The notes under the pieces: generated by a model | Told to the model about the DNA's origin: nothing | The model's database searches: none | What the model saw: the letters and a program-made list of their open reading frames with translations, nothing else | From: Lepidodermella squamata | Taxonomy: Eukaryota; Animalia; Gastrotricha | Direction of reading: 5' to 3' | NCBI GenBank assembly: GCA_047495785.1 | Contig: JBLDXI010000023.1 | Coordinates: 1,415,937-1,479,936, forward strand | Length of the DNA: 64,000 nucleotides | In this document: piece by piece, positions 1 through 13,400 of the stretch | How positions within the stretch are numbered: position 1 is the stretch's first letter | How the letters are laid out: every line of letters starts with the position of its first letter | Translations under genes and position numbers: made by a program

Positions 1-400
1 AATAACTCGTATTGCTGAAAGACTGGAAATCCCTTTTGATACTGTAAAACGTTTCTTCAAAATCCACCGTGCTAAAGGCACTGGCCGTGGTAAAATTCGG
101 GTGACCTGGGAGCAGCGGCTTATTCTAGAAAAGGTGACTGACTAGATTATTTTGAATATTGCTTTGTTACATATTTGTGATTCAATCGGTTCAGGAGTTT
201 CGAAACTCCAAATTCGCAACACGCGAGCAAGCTGAACGCCTAGCTACATCGATGGGGTTTTCGACCGAGAAGGCAAAATATAGCTTGCACTGATTTTTGC
301 TGAAAAATCTTTTAAATCAATTGTTTAGATAACGAGGTGGTTCGCTTGGAAACGGTCGTTCGAAAAACAGAAACCGAAGAAAGAAGCAATCGCTTCATGA
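1..400 (+). CDS. Multi-homeodomain gene copy A, 3' end only (exons 5-7; runs off the window)
   Basis: Exons <1-133, 195-272, 329-400 splice in frame to ...WEQRLILEK|EFRNSKFATREQAERLATSMGFSTEK|ITRWFAWKR...AIAS*; paralogous to the complete copies. Confidence 0.8.
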
Positions 401-2265
401 TCATCATTGTTTCTCGTGCTATACTGTTGTTAATTTCACATCTCACGCTAAATGACTACCAGGCGCGAGTTGTAAGTTGTAAGTTGTAAGCAACTTGATC
501 TCTTTTTTATTTGAGATTTAGGAATTCGTTTGACTATATACCCATATTCACGACAATTATTTGGAAAGAATGTGGGCTTGCAGCAATACAAATCTAGCAA
601 CAGGTAAATATTAGAAAGCATCTACAGAAAACATCTCAAATAAAAAAGGAAAATGGTCGCAAATTCTTCGCGCTATTGTTCATACAGTGTGTCCGCGAAA
701 TACGCTTATTTTGTCCCTTGTCCCCTTATTCATCAATGAACAATAAATGTTTGAATTTAGAATTTACGCACCTATTTTTAGACTTGCAAGGCTAGTCACA
801 GATGTTGCTCAAGGCGTGTGACTTTTACGGCTAGTTTTCAAATATAACGGTTTTCTCGCACGTGCCACTTTGAAAAAAGCAGGATAGTTTTTACGAGTGT
901 GCTATTATTTGCACCCACACGCGGGTGCATCCGATTTGCTAGCTACACCCTGAAGGTGCAACCATTTTGCTCGCTACACCCTATACAAGCAATAAGGAAT
1001 TGGGGAAAAGCCGGCTGTCGGTGCGGCGAGGTGTACAGAAGCACTTAAACAACGGCAATTGCGATTAAGCTAGATTACGCACCTGGGATGACTTAGCAGT
1101 TAACACAATGGGGGTGACTTTGACGTGCCAGAATTGGGTGACTTTTGGCATGCCAAAAATCGGAGATAGTAAGATAAGAACCCCGTGAGCAGGGTACCAT
1201 TGGATAACCCGAAGAAAGGCCAGCCTGGATGTGCATAATGCGCATCTTAACAACCTTGTCTGGGAAATGGAAGAAAAGTCGTGAAATTTTTTAATTTCTA
1301 TATTAATATTAATTAAGTTTTTCGATTTGCACTGGAAATCAGCTTGCGTGCGCGCATTCAGCCCTATGTTCAAGGCCTCGAAAACGCGACTCATGACACT
1401 GATCAGCGGCACCGGGCAGATTAGTAACTCATTAGCGCGCAATAAATGGCTCTTTAGCCGCCGCGCGCGGTCAAGTGGGTGTAGCATAGCGCAGCCTGTT
1501 TTTCCTACAAAAGTGGGTTTTATTTTACGCAAATTTTTGTTAATCAAGTCGCTGTTAATTCTTAAAGATAATTTTATCTCATCTAAATAGTTATCGGAAA
1601 AATAAAATAAGAGTAACGCGACCTTGACTAGCCGTTGCCATGGTAACGGGCGACGCCGCCGTAAACATTTCTCGAGTTCTAGATTCAACCAGCAAACCAA
1701 GGTCTGAACTCGGGTTTTGATGCATTTTAATGCTGTTTTTTCTTGGCAGCAATCGGAGATACGCTCATTCTACCTGCTTGTCACTTCAAACCAGGTTACG
1801 GAAGGTTCTAAAATGGAACTAACAGGTTCCAGCGATCAAGAATAACTGAAAACTGAAGGAAATGAACCCAAGTGATGTTTCATGCAAGAATTTGCTAAGG
1901 CTTCATAGAGCAAAGTCGAGGCTTTTTGAAGGCAATTGAGTAAAATTATGAAAACTTTATTGATAGTCATGTTTAAAAGCAGTTCGAGCTAAAAAGGATC
2001 ACAATCAAACGAGGGTTGCGAGATGAGCTACGAAGCAACGAACAATCGAGTTTGAAGTTCGACAAAGTCTGAGAAACTTCGGGCGGACGTGCAGCATAAT
2101 TTGTGATGTAACAAGACGAGGGATTACACTACTTGCTGGTCTTCGAAGCTGGGCGAATCGAGTTAGATCCACTTTCGGCAGATTCCTCAAGATAGCTCTG
2201 GGTGATCGAAGGTTCGAATAAAGCTTAAACTGATTTTTTCATCGAAAATGTTCTTGATTGTTCAG

Positions 2266-2340
2266 GTAAAGATGTGGTTCAATTTGAAACGGTTCTTTGA
2301 AAAGCAGAAACGGAAAAAAGAAAGATCGGTCGACTCACTC
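2266..2340 (+). pseudogene. Copy B: isolated exon 7 remnant of the multi-homeodomain family
   Basis: TTCAG acceptor followed by VKMWFNLKRFFEKQKRKKE, similar to exon 7 of copy K (VRMWFKLKR). Confidence 0.6.
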
Positions 2341-2682
2341 GAGAAATGGCTCGAAGAATCTCACTGGAGGTTCGATGACCCCTGGGTTCACATTTGGTTC
2401 CGAGCAAATCGGAGAGAAGTTCCTCATTTAGAATTCCTTCAACAATTTAGGAACTGGTGGCATTTAATGTTTTGGTAGGGTAATAATTGAAAATTTCTGT
2501 TGTCTCTGATTTTTGGCCTTTACAGATGCGAATGATTCAATTTGAATCATTCGCATATCAATGCGCATATCAATGGACAATAAATATTTGAATTTAGAAT
2601 GATTAAAGGAAAGTTTCGGCTAAGTTTTCTATAGGTGAATTTCTTATCTGTACACTTTGAGTAATCAATTCTGTTTAACAAC

Positions 2683-4752
2683 ATGTCTCCAACCCAACTT
2701 ATAGCCGGTCAGCGTCAGAGACTTTGATTTGATTGTGATTTGATTTGATTTAGGTCATTTTTGGATGATTTGACTTACTGATGATTTGATTTACAAAATT
2801 TCAAGATGATTTGATTTGCAAATGATTTAGCCCGCTTAATTTACTGATGATTTAGAGTATTCAACACTCTCGGAACTCCCCCTGTTGCTAAACATGAGAA
2901 CTGATATTTGACTCGAAAACCTTTTTTCCAAAATGTCTGGAGCAATTCAACTACTTGTAGACGCATTCTGCTATAACCAACCTTAAAATGTGAAAGAATC
3001 TCTCGAAAATACCCTAATACTCATATTTCGCTGGGCGAAAGATTTGATTGATTTACCATGGATTTTTGGGTGATTTGATTTTAAATGATTGATTTTACAA
3101 GACCTGTGATTTACTGAAGAAATCAAATCAAATCAAAGTCACTGGTCAGCGTTCTTACTTGTTGAAGGTACCGCCAAGAACAATATTATTATATTTTTAT
3201 ACTGTTATTACTAATTTCAACTCTTGATAAGTGCTTTGATTTGTTGCAAAATCGCAACCCTTCAAAGGATATGGCCGAGCTCATCGCGAAGACGATTGGC
3301 ACATCAGTTGTTCAAAATTGGTTTTACACCAGAAGAAAAAATATATTTAAAGAGAAAACTTCGAAGATTTGGCGATTTGAAGATATTCTCGGCGAAAAAA
3401 AAAACGAAATGTTGATGCTGGAAGTGAAAAATGATCATAAACTGAGCAAAGGTAGAAGGCAGATGCTGGCGCGACGATTCGGCTTGACAGAGAAGCAGGT
3501 TGATGGGTTCTTCTGCAAGCATCGAAGCCAACGAAGGGCATACGTTCGCTTGAAGTTGACATCCCAGCAAAATGAAAACTTTGAGAAGGTTAAACTGAGA
3601 AGTGCTATTTGCCTAATCTGGTGATGATTGATTTTCTAAAGGAATTTGAGCTGAATCCTGCCGCTTCAGATCAAAGATGCCGCGAAGTGGCTGAAGCTGT
3701 TGGCATATCATTCAGTCAGGCCCAACGCCTTATTTTAAAACGGCGAGCCAAAGGTGGAATCCGCAGTTATACAGCGAAATCTGAGTCCTTTCGAGTCACG
3801 GATCCTCAACTCGCAAATCTAGAGGAAGCATTCCTGTCAACAGTAATGAATGACGATAGGTTTGACAATGCTCTCTTTCAAAGATTGGCCAATAAAACCG
3901 GATTGAGAAAGTACGTGGTCAGGAATTGGTTTATTACCCGGCGCAAATCTTTTGGACTCGGGAAGAAACGATTAAATCTCGATCAAGCCAGTGTCTGCGT
4001 TTTAAATGCCGTGAGTTTACCTTTGATGGAAAGTTGAAATGTTTCAGAAGTATTGTTCTTCAGGAGTTCGCTGAATCGAGCCGACTGGAGGACGGCAGAG
4101 CGCTAGCGATTGCGGAAAAGTTGGGATTAACATCAGAAGTGGTTAAAAAACTTTTCGTTATGAAGCGGAATCTACTGAGAACTGCGACAAATAAGCCGTC
4201 CCGTCGTCCGAGACTGAAACTTGACCAGCGAAATGCCCTGAATGAGGTGAGAAAAGGCCGTTTTCAAATCTATAACGTTTAATGATCATTTTTTGTTCAG
4301 GAATTCAATAACAATCCAGATCTACAGCAAGCTGAGAAAATTCGTTTGACTGAAAGACTGGGAATCGCATTAAATACTGTGAAACGTTTCTTCAACCGTG
4401 CTAAAGCTCGAGGTTCAGGAAAAAGTCGGAAAAAAATCGACCCGACCTGGGAGCAGCGGCTTCATCTAGAAAAGGTATTGGCTCGAAAAGCTTGAAAATT
4501 GAGCTGGTTCCTTTGCTTAATGACTGTGATTCAATTTATTTAGGAGTTTAAAACCTGCAAATTCGTAACTCACCAGCAAGCTGAGCGCCTATCGACTTCA
4601 ATTGGATACCCAACTGTGAAGGCAATAAAGCTTCCCTTCCATTTCTGAGATCATTTTTATTTCTCTTCCTTTTTGTATAGATAAAAGAGTGGTTCAGGTC
4701 GAAGCGGAAGCATGGAAAAACGAAACAGAAGGAAAATGCACTCGGTTCATGA
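2683..4752 (+). pseudogene. Copy C: seven-homeodomain gene, exon 1 interrupted by a MITE, exons 2-7 open
   Basis: Exons 2683-2715+3153-3167, 3232-3588, 3642-4010, 4064-4246, 4301-4474, 4544-4621, 4681-4752; all phase 0; repeated helix-turn-helix motifs (FGLTEKQVDGFF, TGLRKYVVRNWF, IGYPTVKIKEWF). Confidence 0.8.
2716..3144. mobile_element. hAT-like MITE with (GATTT)n subterminal repeats
   Basis: TIR CAG(A/T)GACTTTGATTTGATT; exact 8-bp TSD GTCAGCGT at 2708-2715 and 3145-3152. Confidence 0.85.
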
Positions 4753-4984
4753 TGTTTTTCTTATGTTGTAATTTTAATTAGCCTGACTTCCCTAGCTATT
4801 TCCTCTGATATTGGGTTGTTCACCCCGCTGATATGACATTAGTTTTGAACTTTGAACAACACAAAGCCGTTAATTTCAGAATGCCAGAGAATCGTGGTTT
4901 GAAGTTTAGTGAATTTACTTTTTAAATTTATCGAAATTGGAAAGACCTTAACCCTATTATTTGAAGCCGATGATTCCCACCTTA

Positions 4985-5425
4985 GCATGGCGAAGTCATC
5001 GGGATCGTCAAGTCGTCGTCAATTGCGTGGTGCCGCAAGGTACCTCGTTGTCGTCGCTTCTTTTTATACTATACACCGCCGATTTGCTGTCCGCCCCAAG
5101 CGTGGATGGCCCGTTGCTGCAGGCCTACGCGGACGATCTAACTGTCGTCGGCGAGAGTGGCACGTTCCCTGCTGCTCAGCGTCGCCTCCAATTGGAGATC
5201 ACCGTATTTCAGGTTGTGCTACGAAGTGGCGCCGGCAGTTTAATCTCGCGTAGAACGAAATTATGCTCTTTGGTAATGCGTCCGTCGATGTTCGGCTCAA
5301 CGGAGCCATGATCCCGCAAGTCGGGTCGATACGTGTTCTCGGTGTTCACTTGGACCCTAAACTGACGTGGAAAGTTCATTTGGACATGATCTCTGACCGC
5401 TGCCGCAGGAATCTGGGTATTTTCA
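4985..5425 (+). mobile_element. Decayed LINE family-2 RT fragment
   Basis: VPQG..LS..LF.LYTADL..YADDL motif; closely similar to 41500-41935; frameshifted. Confidence 0.85.
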
Positions 5426-5532
5426 ACTTTGAGAAATGGCGATTTTAATCGTTCAATTTTGGGATTCGCTTGTAGATGATTTACTGGAATTTTCCAATAC
5501 CCGACTTAAACAACTAAATTTTCTTTGGCATC

Positions 5533-6724
5533 ATGTCGAATACTAAATTTAATGCAGATCAGGTCTCTTACTTGAACAAGGTAACGCCAAGACCATGCTT
5601 TGAACAGATATTTTCATTTCAATTACTTACTCAGTGGTTTAAGTTTATGTGAAAGCGCAAACTTACCAGGGATATCGCTGAGTTGATAGCGAAAAAGATT
5701 GGCACATCGGTTGGTAAAGTTCAAAACTGGTTCCGCACAAAAAGAAGTAAAGAAGTTGAAGAGAAGATGATTGTGCGATTTAAAGATATTCTCGGGGAAG
5801 AAAAAAACGAGTTGCTAGCGTCGGAGGTGAAACATAATTCCAAGTTGGTCAAAGAGAGAAAACAGCTGCTCGCACGAGAATTTGGCCTTACAGAGCGCCA
5901 GATTGAAAATTTCTTCCGCAAGCATCGCGTCCAACAGAACACATGCGTTCGCACGAAGTTAACACAGCAGCAGAAGGAAATATTCAAGAAGGTTTGTTGC
6001 AAAGCGATATGCCAGAAACAAGCCAAAGTTTTCAGTTCATTTATAGTTTATTTCTTTACCCTTTATTTTCCCAGATACTTTGGTACAACTATTTTTAATT
6101 TGATATTTTTTCATCAGGAATTCCTGCAAAATGCAAGCGCGTCACGTCATAGATTCCGAGAAATCGCCGGGATTGTTGGCATAACATTAAATCAGGCCAG
6201 ATATCTTGTCGCTACAGGACGAGCGCAAGTGGGAATCCGCTGTAGAAGAACAAAATCTGAATCCATCAGATTCACTGATTGCCAACTGGCAGAACTACAG
6301 GAAGCATTCCAGTCAACAATGGTGAGGGGCGACAGCTTTGACGATGTCCTCTATAGAGGTTTGGCAAAGAAAACTGGATTGCAAAAGACTGTGGTCAAGA
6401 ATTGGATTTCTAACCGGCCTAAATCAGCTGGCTTCACAAAGAAACAAGAAACTCTCGATCACAGCAGTATCTGCGCTCTAAATGCTGTGAGTTTCGATGA
6501 AATGACGTTTTAGTGATCGATATAAGCTTTGTCCTAATAGGAATTTGCTGTGTCGAGTCGAATGGAAGACGGCAGAGTGTAAGCAATTGCTGAAAAGCTT
6601 GGATTGACTTTCAGACAGGTTAAAAATTTCTTTGCTACTAAGCGAAGGCACTTAAGGACTGCGAGAAATGAGCAATCCCGTTGCCGCAAACTGAAACTTG
6701 ACCAACGAAATGCTATTCCTGAGG
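5533..6724 (+). pseudogene. Copy D: multi-homeodomain pseudogene (exons 1-4)
   Basis: MSNTKFNADQVSYLNK|GT exon 1; in-frame stops near 5650 (TGA) and 6580 (TAA); cut off after exon 4 by the TE nest. Confidence 0.8.
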
Positions 6725-8971
6725 TATGAGGATTTTCCCGCTGATTCCGAATATCTAATTTGTTTTTTGGAAGTCTGAATAACTGGTGATGGCGACATAA
6801 GTGTGCGCGGGAAGTCGTGAATGTTTTGCAGCCCTGGGTTTTTAACCAATTGGACCATGATGATCACGAATTAAAAATGCGCCGACCTCGGGTCCTTGTT
6901 TAAACACTTTAATCCCCTTAACAACCAAACTGCTTAATCAAAAGTGCATAAATTCAAAGTCGTCTACATTATGCGCACTGTTACAACGTAACCACATGGA
7001 TTAGCGCGCGCAACTGAGTATTGCTTGGAGTAATAGTACATGGGGTGAGGACTCGCTTTATCAGCGCCCACTATCAGTCAGCAAAGGGTGAGTGGCGCAG
7101 TGGGGCGCCCGCATTGTTCTCGCTGCATTGTTACCTTGTGCGCGCGCGCATTTTTTAAACATTAACGCGTTGTTTCTCCGGAACCGTGCATCGCATTGAC
7201 ACCGTTTTTTGATGTAGGGATAGAGTTAATGAATAACTATCACTATACAAATTTTTATGACGGTAGGATTTACCGTTGAGAAATAAACGGTACCACAAGT
7301 TTTTGCATTGCGCGGCAGCATTGAAATCACAGGCGCGCGCGTATTTTCACATTTGCTCCACAGTCCTGGGTCAGGATAAAATAATTTTTAGATGTAGGGA
7401 TGCGTCACATTCTCTATTACCTTCATTCCAAAGCCCAACTCACTATCATAAAAATTGGCTGAAAAATGGTACCAACGTGCTGTCGTTTCTTCATCTCGCG
7501 CGCGCGAGTGAGGCAGGCGGCGGGCCCCCGTCGTGCGCGCGATATGATCTCTATAATAGGCGAGTCCTCACTCCATGTCTATTCCTCCAAGGAGTATTGG
7601 CTCAATTCCGGACCCCGCTTAGTTTCGTGCGCGACGCCCACAATGATTGCGCAATCAGACGGTAAAAGTGGATTGTGCGCGAACGCCGAGTCGAAATTAA
7701 TGTAAATTTCAGTGCCGCGCGCGCTACTGTCAAAAGGTTAGTTTTTATAATTTAGGCGGTTTTTATACCAAAATAAAGGTCAGACCAGTGACTTTGATTT
7801 GATTTGATTTGATTTATTCAGTAAATCACAGGTCTTTGTAAATCAATCATTTCAAATCAAATCCCCCAAAAATCGATAGTAAATCAATCAAATCAAATCA
7901 TCAGGCCCGTTTAAATCAAATCAAATCAAATCTTTAGCATAGGGCAGTGGTTCCCAAACTTTTTGTCTGGTAGGACACAGTACACTCACAGGCAATTTAC
8001 GCTTAATCTCTATTTACGGGTAAAATTTGAGCGCGTTTACGGGTAAAACCTCTCAATAAAAATGACGCGTAAATATTGCCTAATTTTACGCTTAAATATC
8101 TTTTACGCTTCAATATTGACCTAAATTTACGCGTTAATATCCCGACTAGGCAGACATTAACGCGTAAACCCTCAATCAAACGTTATTATTGATATTATTC
8201 TGAAATGAATCTCGGGAAAATTCCTCTACTTGCGCACATGAGGAATAAACTCAACAAAAAGACCATTGATTATACGAAGCGTGTTTTATTTCAGGTTAAA
8301 CGTGGTATTTGAATTTTTTCTTAATTAATTTTCCAGCGAGTTTCTAGGTTTAATTAATATGTTGTTTTGTTTAATAAAAATGCATTAAAATACAAGAGAG
8401 ATTTTTTACATTTTTGCTTCATAATTTGAAATCCTTCGATGAGCGCACGTTTCATACAAAATATAGGTGATGATACACGAAATCAAAGGAAGAATGAGAA
8501 AGAATGAGGAGAAGTCACAACGGGAAGAAGAAGACACATGTAGTAGTATACAGAGATATTATTATTCTCGATTAAAAAATTGAATATTTACAATTTGAAT
8601 TTTTCCCTAACAAAAAGGCTTATATAATAACAGCATAAATACAGTATGATACAATAATATTATGGAGGAGACGCGACCACATGGAAAATACACCGCTCAA
8701 AACAGAAAAATATTTACACTAGACGCCATAAAACATAAAGCATGAAACGGAATAACAATGTTTATTGTCACTGGATAAATTAAGGCGTTGAATTTCGTTG
8801 AATATAGTTTGAAGAGGAGTGTTCGGAAGATTATTTTGCAAAAACGATTCGAGCTAACAACTAATAAATTGGAAGCAACGAGAGTTTAGAAATCAGCGAA
8901 ATTATTTTGAACTATCGGATGTATGTTGTGTACTATTTGGATAATATGAGACGAACATGAGGCAAAAACAG

Positions 8972-10447
8972 CTACTGCTTACGCTGCCGAGTTGCTCGCG
9001 GAGCCGCTTCAGCCGTATCTTGTTTCGACGCTCCTCCACGTTTACGGCAGCCAATTTTGATTACGGGGGTACTGCTGGTATTTGCCTTCTGGCCGTCGCT
9101 GCTGCCAGGAATCTCGGCTAGAATCATCTCCGTAGCTGTGTTGAGCGACTCGGGCAAGTTATTATCCACAGCTGGCATATTCTTCTCCAAGCCAGGCGTT
9201 GGCATTGAAATTGGAGCCAGGCGACGCACAGCGTAGTCTACGGGGGCCATTTGAAAAGTTGGCTGCTGGTAGGTCTGAGGGTTGATCGGGGTGAGAACGG
9301 CGTAGGTGGGCGTGGAAGAACTGTTAGACTGCACGAGGTCCGCCGGCACGTGTTGATAAGGCGCTTGCGGATGAAATTCCGAGAATTCACCCATTTCCGG
9401 CATTTCGGCGGCTGTCGGAAAGATTCCGCTCACGTTGCCGCTGAGAGAATCAGCGCGATTTTCATCACCCGAGGGTGCTCGCTGGATTGAAAAAGCTGGC
9501 TGTTCTGGTGTCGAAATAGCCGGTGTTTGAGATGTAGGTGTTGACTGGAGAAATAGGGTGGGCGGAGGCTGCAAGGGAGTCAGAGTAGGGCGCTGGTGGC
9601 GAGTATTGAACCCGCAATTTTCCCGCATGCGTATGGCAGAGGTAATCTTGTCGAATACCGGGGGCTGGAAAAATAGAAAAATGACTATAAATTCACTATC
9701 CAAGTTGTAGGCGAACTCACCCTTGCATTCGAGCGACCGTCCGTAAGCACCGGAATCCCGGGGATTGCTGGGTAGTTGAGGAGCAGGGTGTCGAAGAAAT
9801 TGGCGAACATAATTCGCCGTTGCACTGGGTTGCCAACATTTCGAGGAACAAATTTCCTGTAATAAAAAATGCATATAAAACAAAATTCAAAAATTCAAAA
9901 TTATTACACAATTTTAAAATTTATCATAATAATTAATTAGTGATTACCAAAATTTTATTTCGAAAAATTTCTCAAATCTTTCAATCAAAATTTCTAAATC
10001 AAAAGCTTCAATTTTTTACAGATGATCCATGATTAATCCCCACATTTTACATTTTAATAAAAAATTCAGAAAATAAACAAAATATATAATAATTTCCATA
10101 CAATTGCTACGATTTTATAATCAATTTTCTAAAAATTTCTGAAACATTTCTATCGAAGAAAACTATTTTTACATTTTAAATAAATTGAAAATAAAATTAA
10201 AAATTAAAAATTGATTTCCATGATAAAAAAAATGATGAAAAAATAGTACTTACCATAGGTAATTCGTGATTTCGTTGCGAAACGATTTTTGAGCCTTCAC
10301 TGAAACGTCGTGGCCATCAGCGAAAGCGCGGCCCAGTTCAGAAAGCTCGTCAGGTCGTGGAAAACACGTGGGGAAGTTGAAATCGCGCAATTCAGGCGGC
10401 AAAAGCGCTGCGTGTTGCTTCTGTTGCTTCTTCGTATAACGATCCAT
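8972..10447 (-). CDS. Accessory protein of the CMC element, 3 exons, 340 aa, Pro/Ser/Thr-rich C-terminus with basic tail
   Basis: Exons 10447-10254, 9856-9721, 9664-8972 with GTAAGT/GTGAGT donors and CAG acceptors join in frame (1023 nt): ...ITNYLWKFVPRNVG...LLLNYPAIPG...NARPPVFDKITSAIRMREN... Confidence 0.7.
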
Positions 10448-10498
10448 GACAAAAAAAATGAAATTAACAATCGACTCCTAAAAAAATAATTTATTAAA

Positions 10499-13400
10499 TT
10501 ATTCGGTTTCGATTAAAAACAACACCCTTGGGGTTGCTAATAACAATAAGCGGTCTGCCTTACGCAGTACCGGCCAAGGGAAGCTAATTTGAGACAGAGG
10601 AGCTAAGATGGATTTGCCACCATAAGACACAATTTGATACGAATTAGTTCCCATAAAATAATTGCAATTCGCTTCCAGTAGTCGAACTAAAATTTCACCG
10701 TCGCTGCGGTTATATACAAAGTGTTCAATTTTAAAAAAAATAAGCTCGCAGCCGTTAGCCAGGACGATGTCATTCGAGTTGAACGTCGATCCGCGCCAGG
10801 TAACCGATTCGATTACAGCGTGATCGATTCCCAGCATAGCCACGTCCTTTCGACCATCCACAGCTTTTCCAATGGACTCGATTTCTCGGATTTGATTTTT
10901 CGATTCGAGGCCGAATTTGACCAGACGATACGCCAAGAAATCGGCCACTGATTTTGGCATATTAACGAAATTTCGCCAAGGTTTTAGCGAAATCGGCGCG
11001 TATGTGGCTTCCCACCTAAAAAATGGAGCAGGCAAATTAAAGTAAAATACAATGATGACCGATATTATTTTCAGTTTGATAAAATTGGGCAGTTTCCACA
11101 CGGGCATTGAGGACAGAATGATAACAGTAGAAATTCGCGCCCAAGTTTTGAAACGGCAATTAATTTTAGAAATCGAGAAAAAATTCGTAAAATGCCACCT
11201 TAACTTCTCGTTCAATAAAATACATGCAAAATGCGATCGTAAAAGTTTTTCCATGTAAAAGTTCGGGGAAATAAGAATAACCATGGTTATTAATGATCCC
11301 GCTTCTCTACACGTTTCATTTCATCGCTGACTGGAATCGCTGGATTTTGTTTGAATATTCCCGAATTTCAGTTATATTCTCGAATGATGTAGATATTTTT
11401 GTCTGGAAAAAATCCATCGAAAAAATGAAGAAATCCAGTAATGACACCACAAATTTCGAATAATGAAAAATCAAATAATTTTAAAAGGGCCAGGCAAATT
11501 TAACAAAATATTTAGCTAATCTCGAAGAACTAGCGAATAATTGTAAACTCAACATTAGAAATAACCTTACCTCATGGCCCAGTAATTTCGAGCCGGGCCG
11601 AATTCCAACATTTGTGGAACGAAGTGTAGACTCCAGTGATGCTTGGCGACTTGTTTCGATTTAGGGTAGGCTTTCTTGAACGCGATGTGATGAGCAGTAG
11701 TTAGAGCTTTGACTTGCTCAATTGATTTCTGATCAATGATGGGCGAAAGAATGAGTTGAACCATCAAAGCCAGCTGGAGGATCGACGCGAATTGAACGCA
11801 GTCGGTTGGTAGGACTCGTTCAAGGGCGAGTGGCAGGTAGACCAGCAGTAGCAGATGCTCGATTCCTTTCCCGATTGGGGAGTAATCCGTCTTCTTGACC
11901 AACGGCAACTTGTGCTTGGCGAGAAACGTCTTGAACGAGGCCAATTTATCGGCGAGTTGCTGGAAATTGATCACTTTCTCGACATTGATTAGCCAGTTGA
12001 AAAGCAGGCGAATTTCTCGAACGACAACGCCCTATATAAGCTTATCATTAGAAACCAGCATAATATTAATATTTTATTGAACTGGTACCTGCAAGAATAC
12101 ATGAAAAGCATCAAAGAGATGCTGCTTGAAGCTGAAAATCGGCATGTCGAACAGCGCACTTCGGAAGTGCAAGCCGAAAATGCTCCTCAGCCTTTCACGT
12201 TCTTTTGGATTGCGGGCATTTTGGATACGCCTCAGCTGCGCGATGATGCTTCCGCGAGTTCGCACGAATTTATCGGCAACACAAACATGAGCTGATGATT
12301 CGAAAATAATTTCAATCAATTTTCAATCAATTTTAAAAATTTGGAATATCACAGATTTTGATAAATTTGAATAGTTTAAACAAAATTCACCAAAAATAAA
12401 GGAGAATCGAGCTTTAATTTGATATAAATAAACCGTAGTTCTGAATTCATAGGGAAATATTTGGGAATTTAAAATTATTGAAAATAAAAGGAAAATTCAT
12501 AACTTACGTATTTGACTGCCGCCGATCATGCATTGCGAGCATAAGGACTTCATGTAGAAACCGAATGATGCGAACATGCCAAGGATTTCGTGGCAAGCCT
12601 TGCCGTCACCCAGAAGGGCGAGGAACTGCACACCCACTCTGATCTTGCAACCAGGAATTTCAATGCCGTTGAGACAAAGGTCACGCATCGCTTCCAGAAA
12701 ATCGGACAGAACCACACGCCAAGGTTTGTCGCCGCCAAACTTGAATTCTTTCGCGTTAGCTATGGCTAGCGGCACGTGCGAAGTGATTCGCGAACGGATA
12801 TACTGCCAGAGGTTAGAAGGTTGCCATTGAATTATTCGCATCAAGTTGCTTCCGCGGCGGGCACCTGAAAAAAGTCGTAAAAGTTTCGTAAAAGTCATAC
12901 CTTCTGGCCAGAAAAATTTCAGAAAAATTCGAAAAAATCACGAAAAAAGTAATTAGGTATGTCACTTCTTAATGAGATTAAAAACGTTCGGAAAAATTTG
13001 AATTTGTTGACGGAAAATTACCGAATCAGTTATCGTCGGGGTTTTCCGGCTTTTCTCCGGTAAATTTTCTATTTCTTCGGTTAAATCGCGGATAAAAGAT
13101 GGAATTTTCTCTCGGTAGGTTCAATTGTAAAAAATTGTTGAATTTCCTACAACAAGCTGGCAAATTAAAAAATTGTTGCACAAATTCTGGGACACTACAT
13201 AAAAAAAATGCGAGGTGTTCAACTAAAACAATCATCTCAAATTCACTGAACCGGAACCCCGATTTAAAATAGACCCTGTAATACATATCAAGCCAAATTT
13301 GATCGTGAATAACTCATATAATAGTTCAGAAATTTTATCGAAATGCAATTTATCAATTTTAGAATTTATTGGAGATTATTTTCTATTTTTAAGGAATTTG

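Noticed and set aside
1065-1700. 211-aa minus-strand ORF
   Set aside because: No recognisable domain, non-ATG start, lies in repeat-like DNA with inverted GCTACACCC/GGGTGTAGC motifs.
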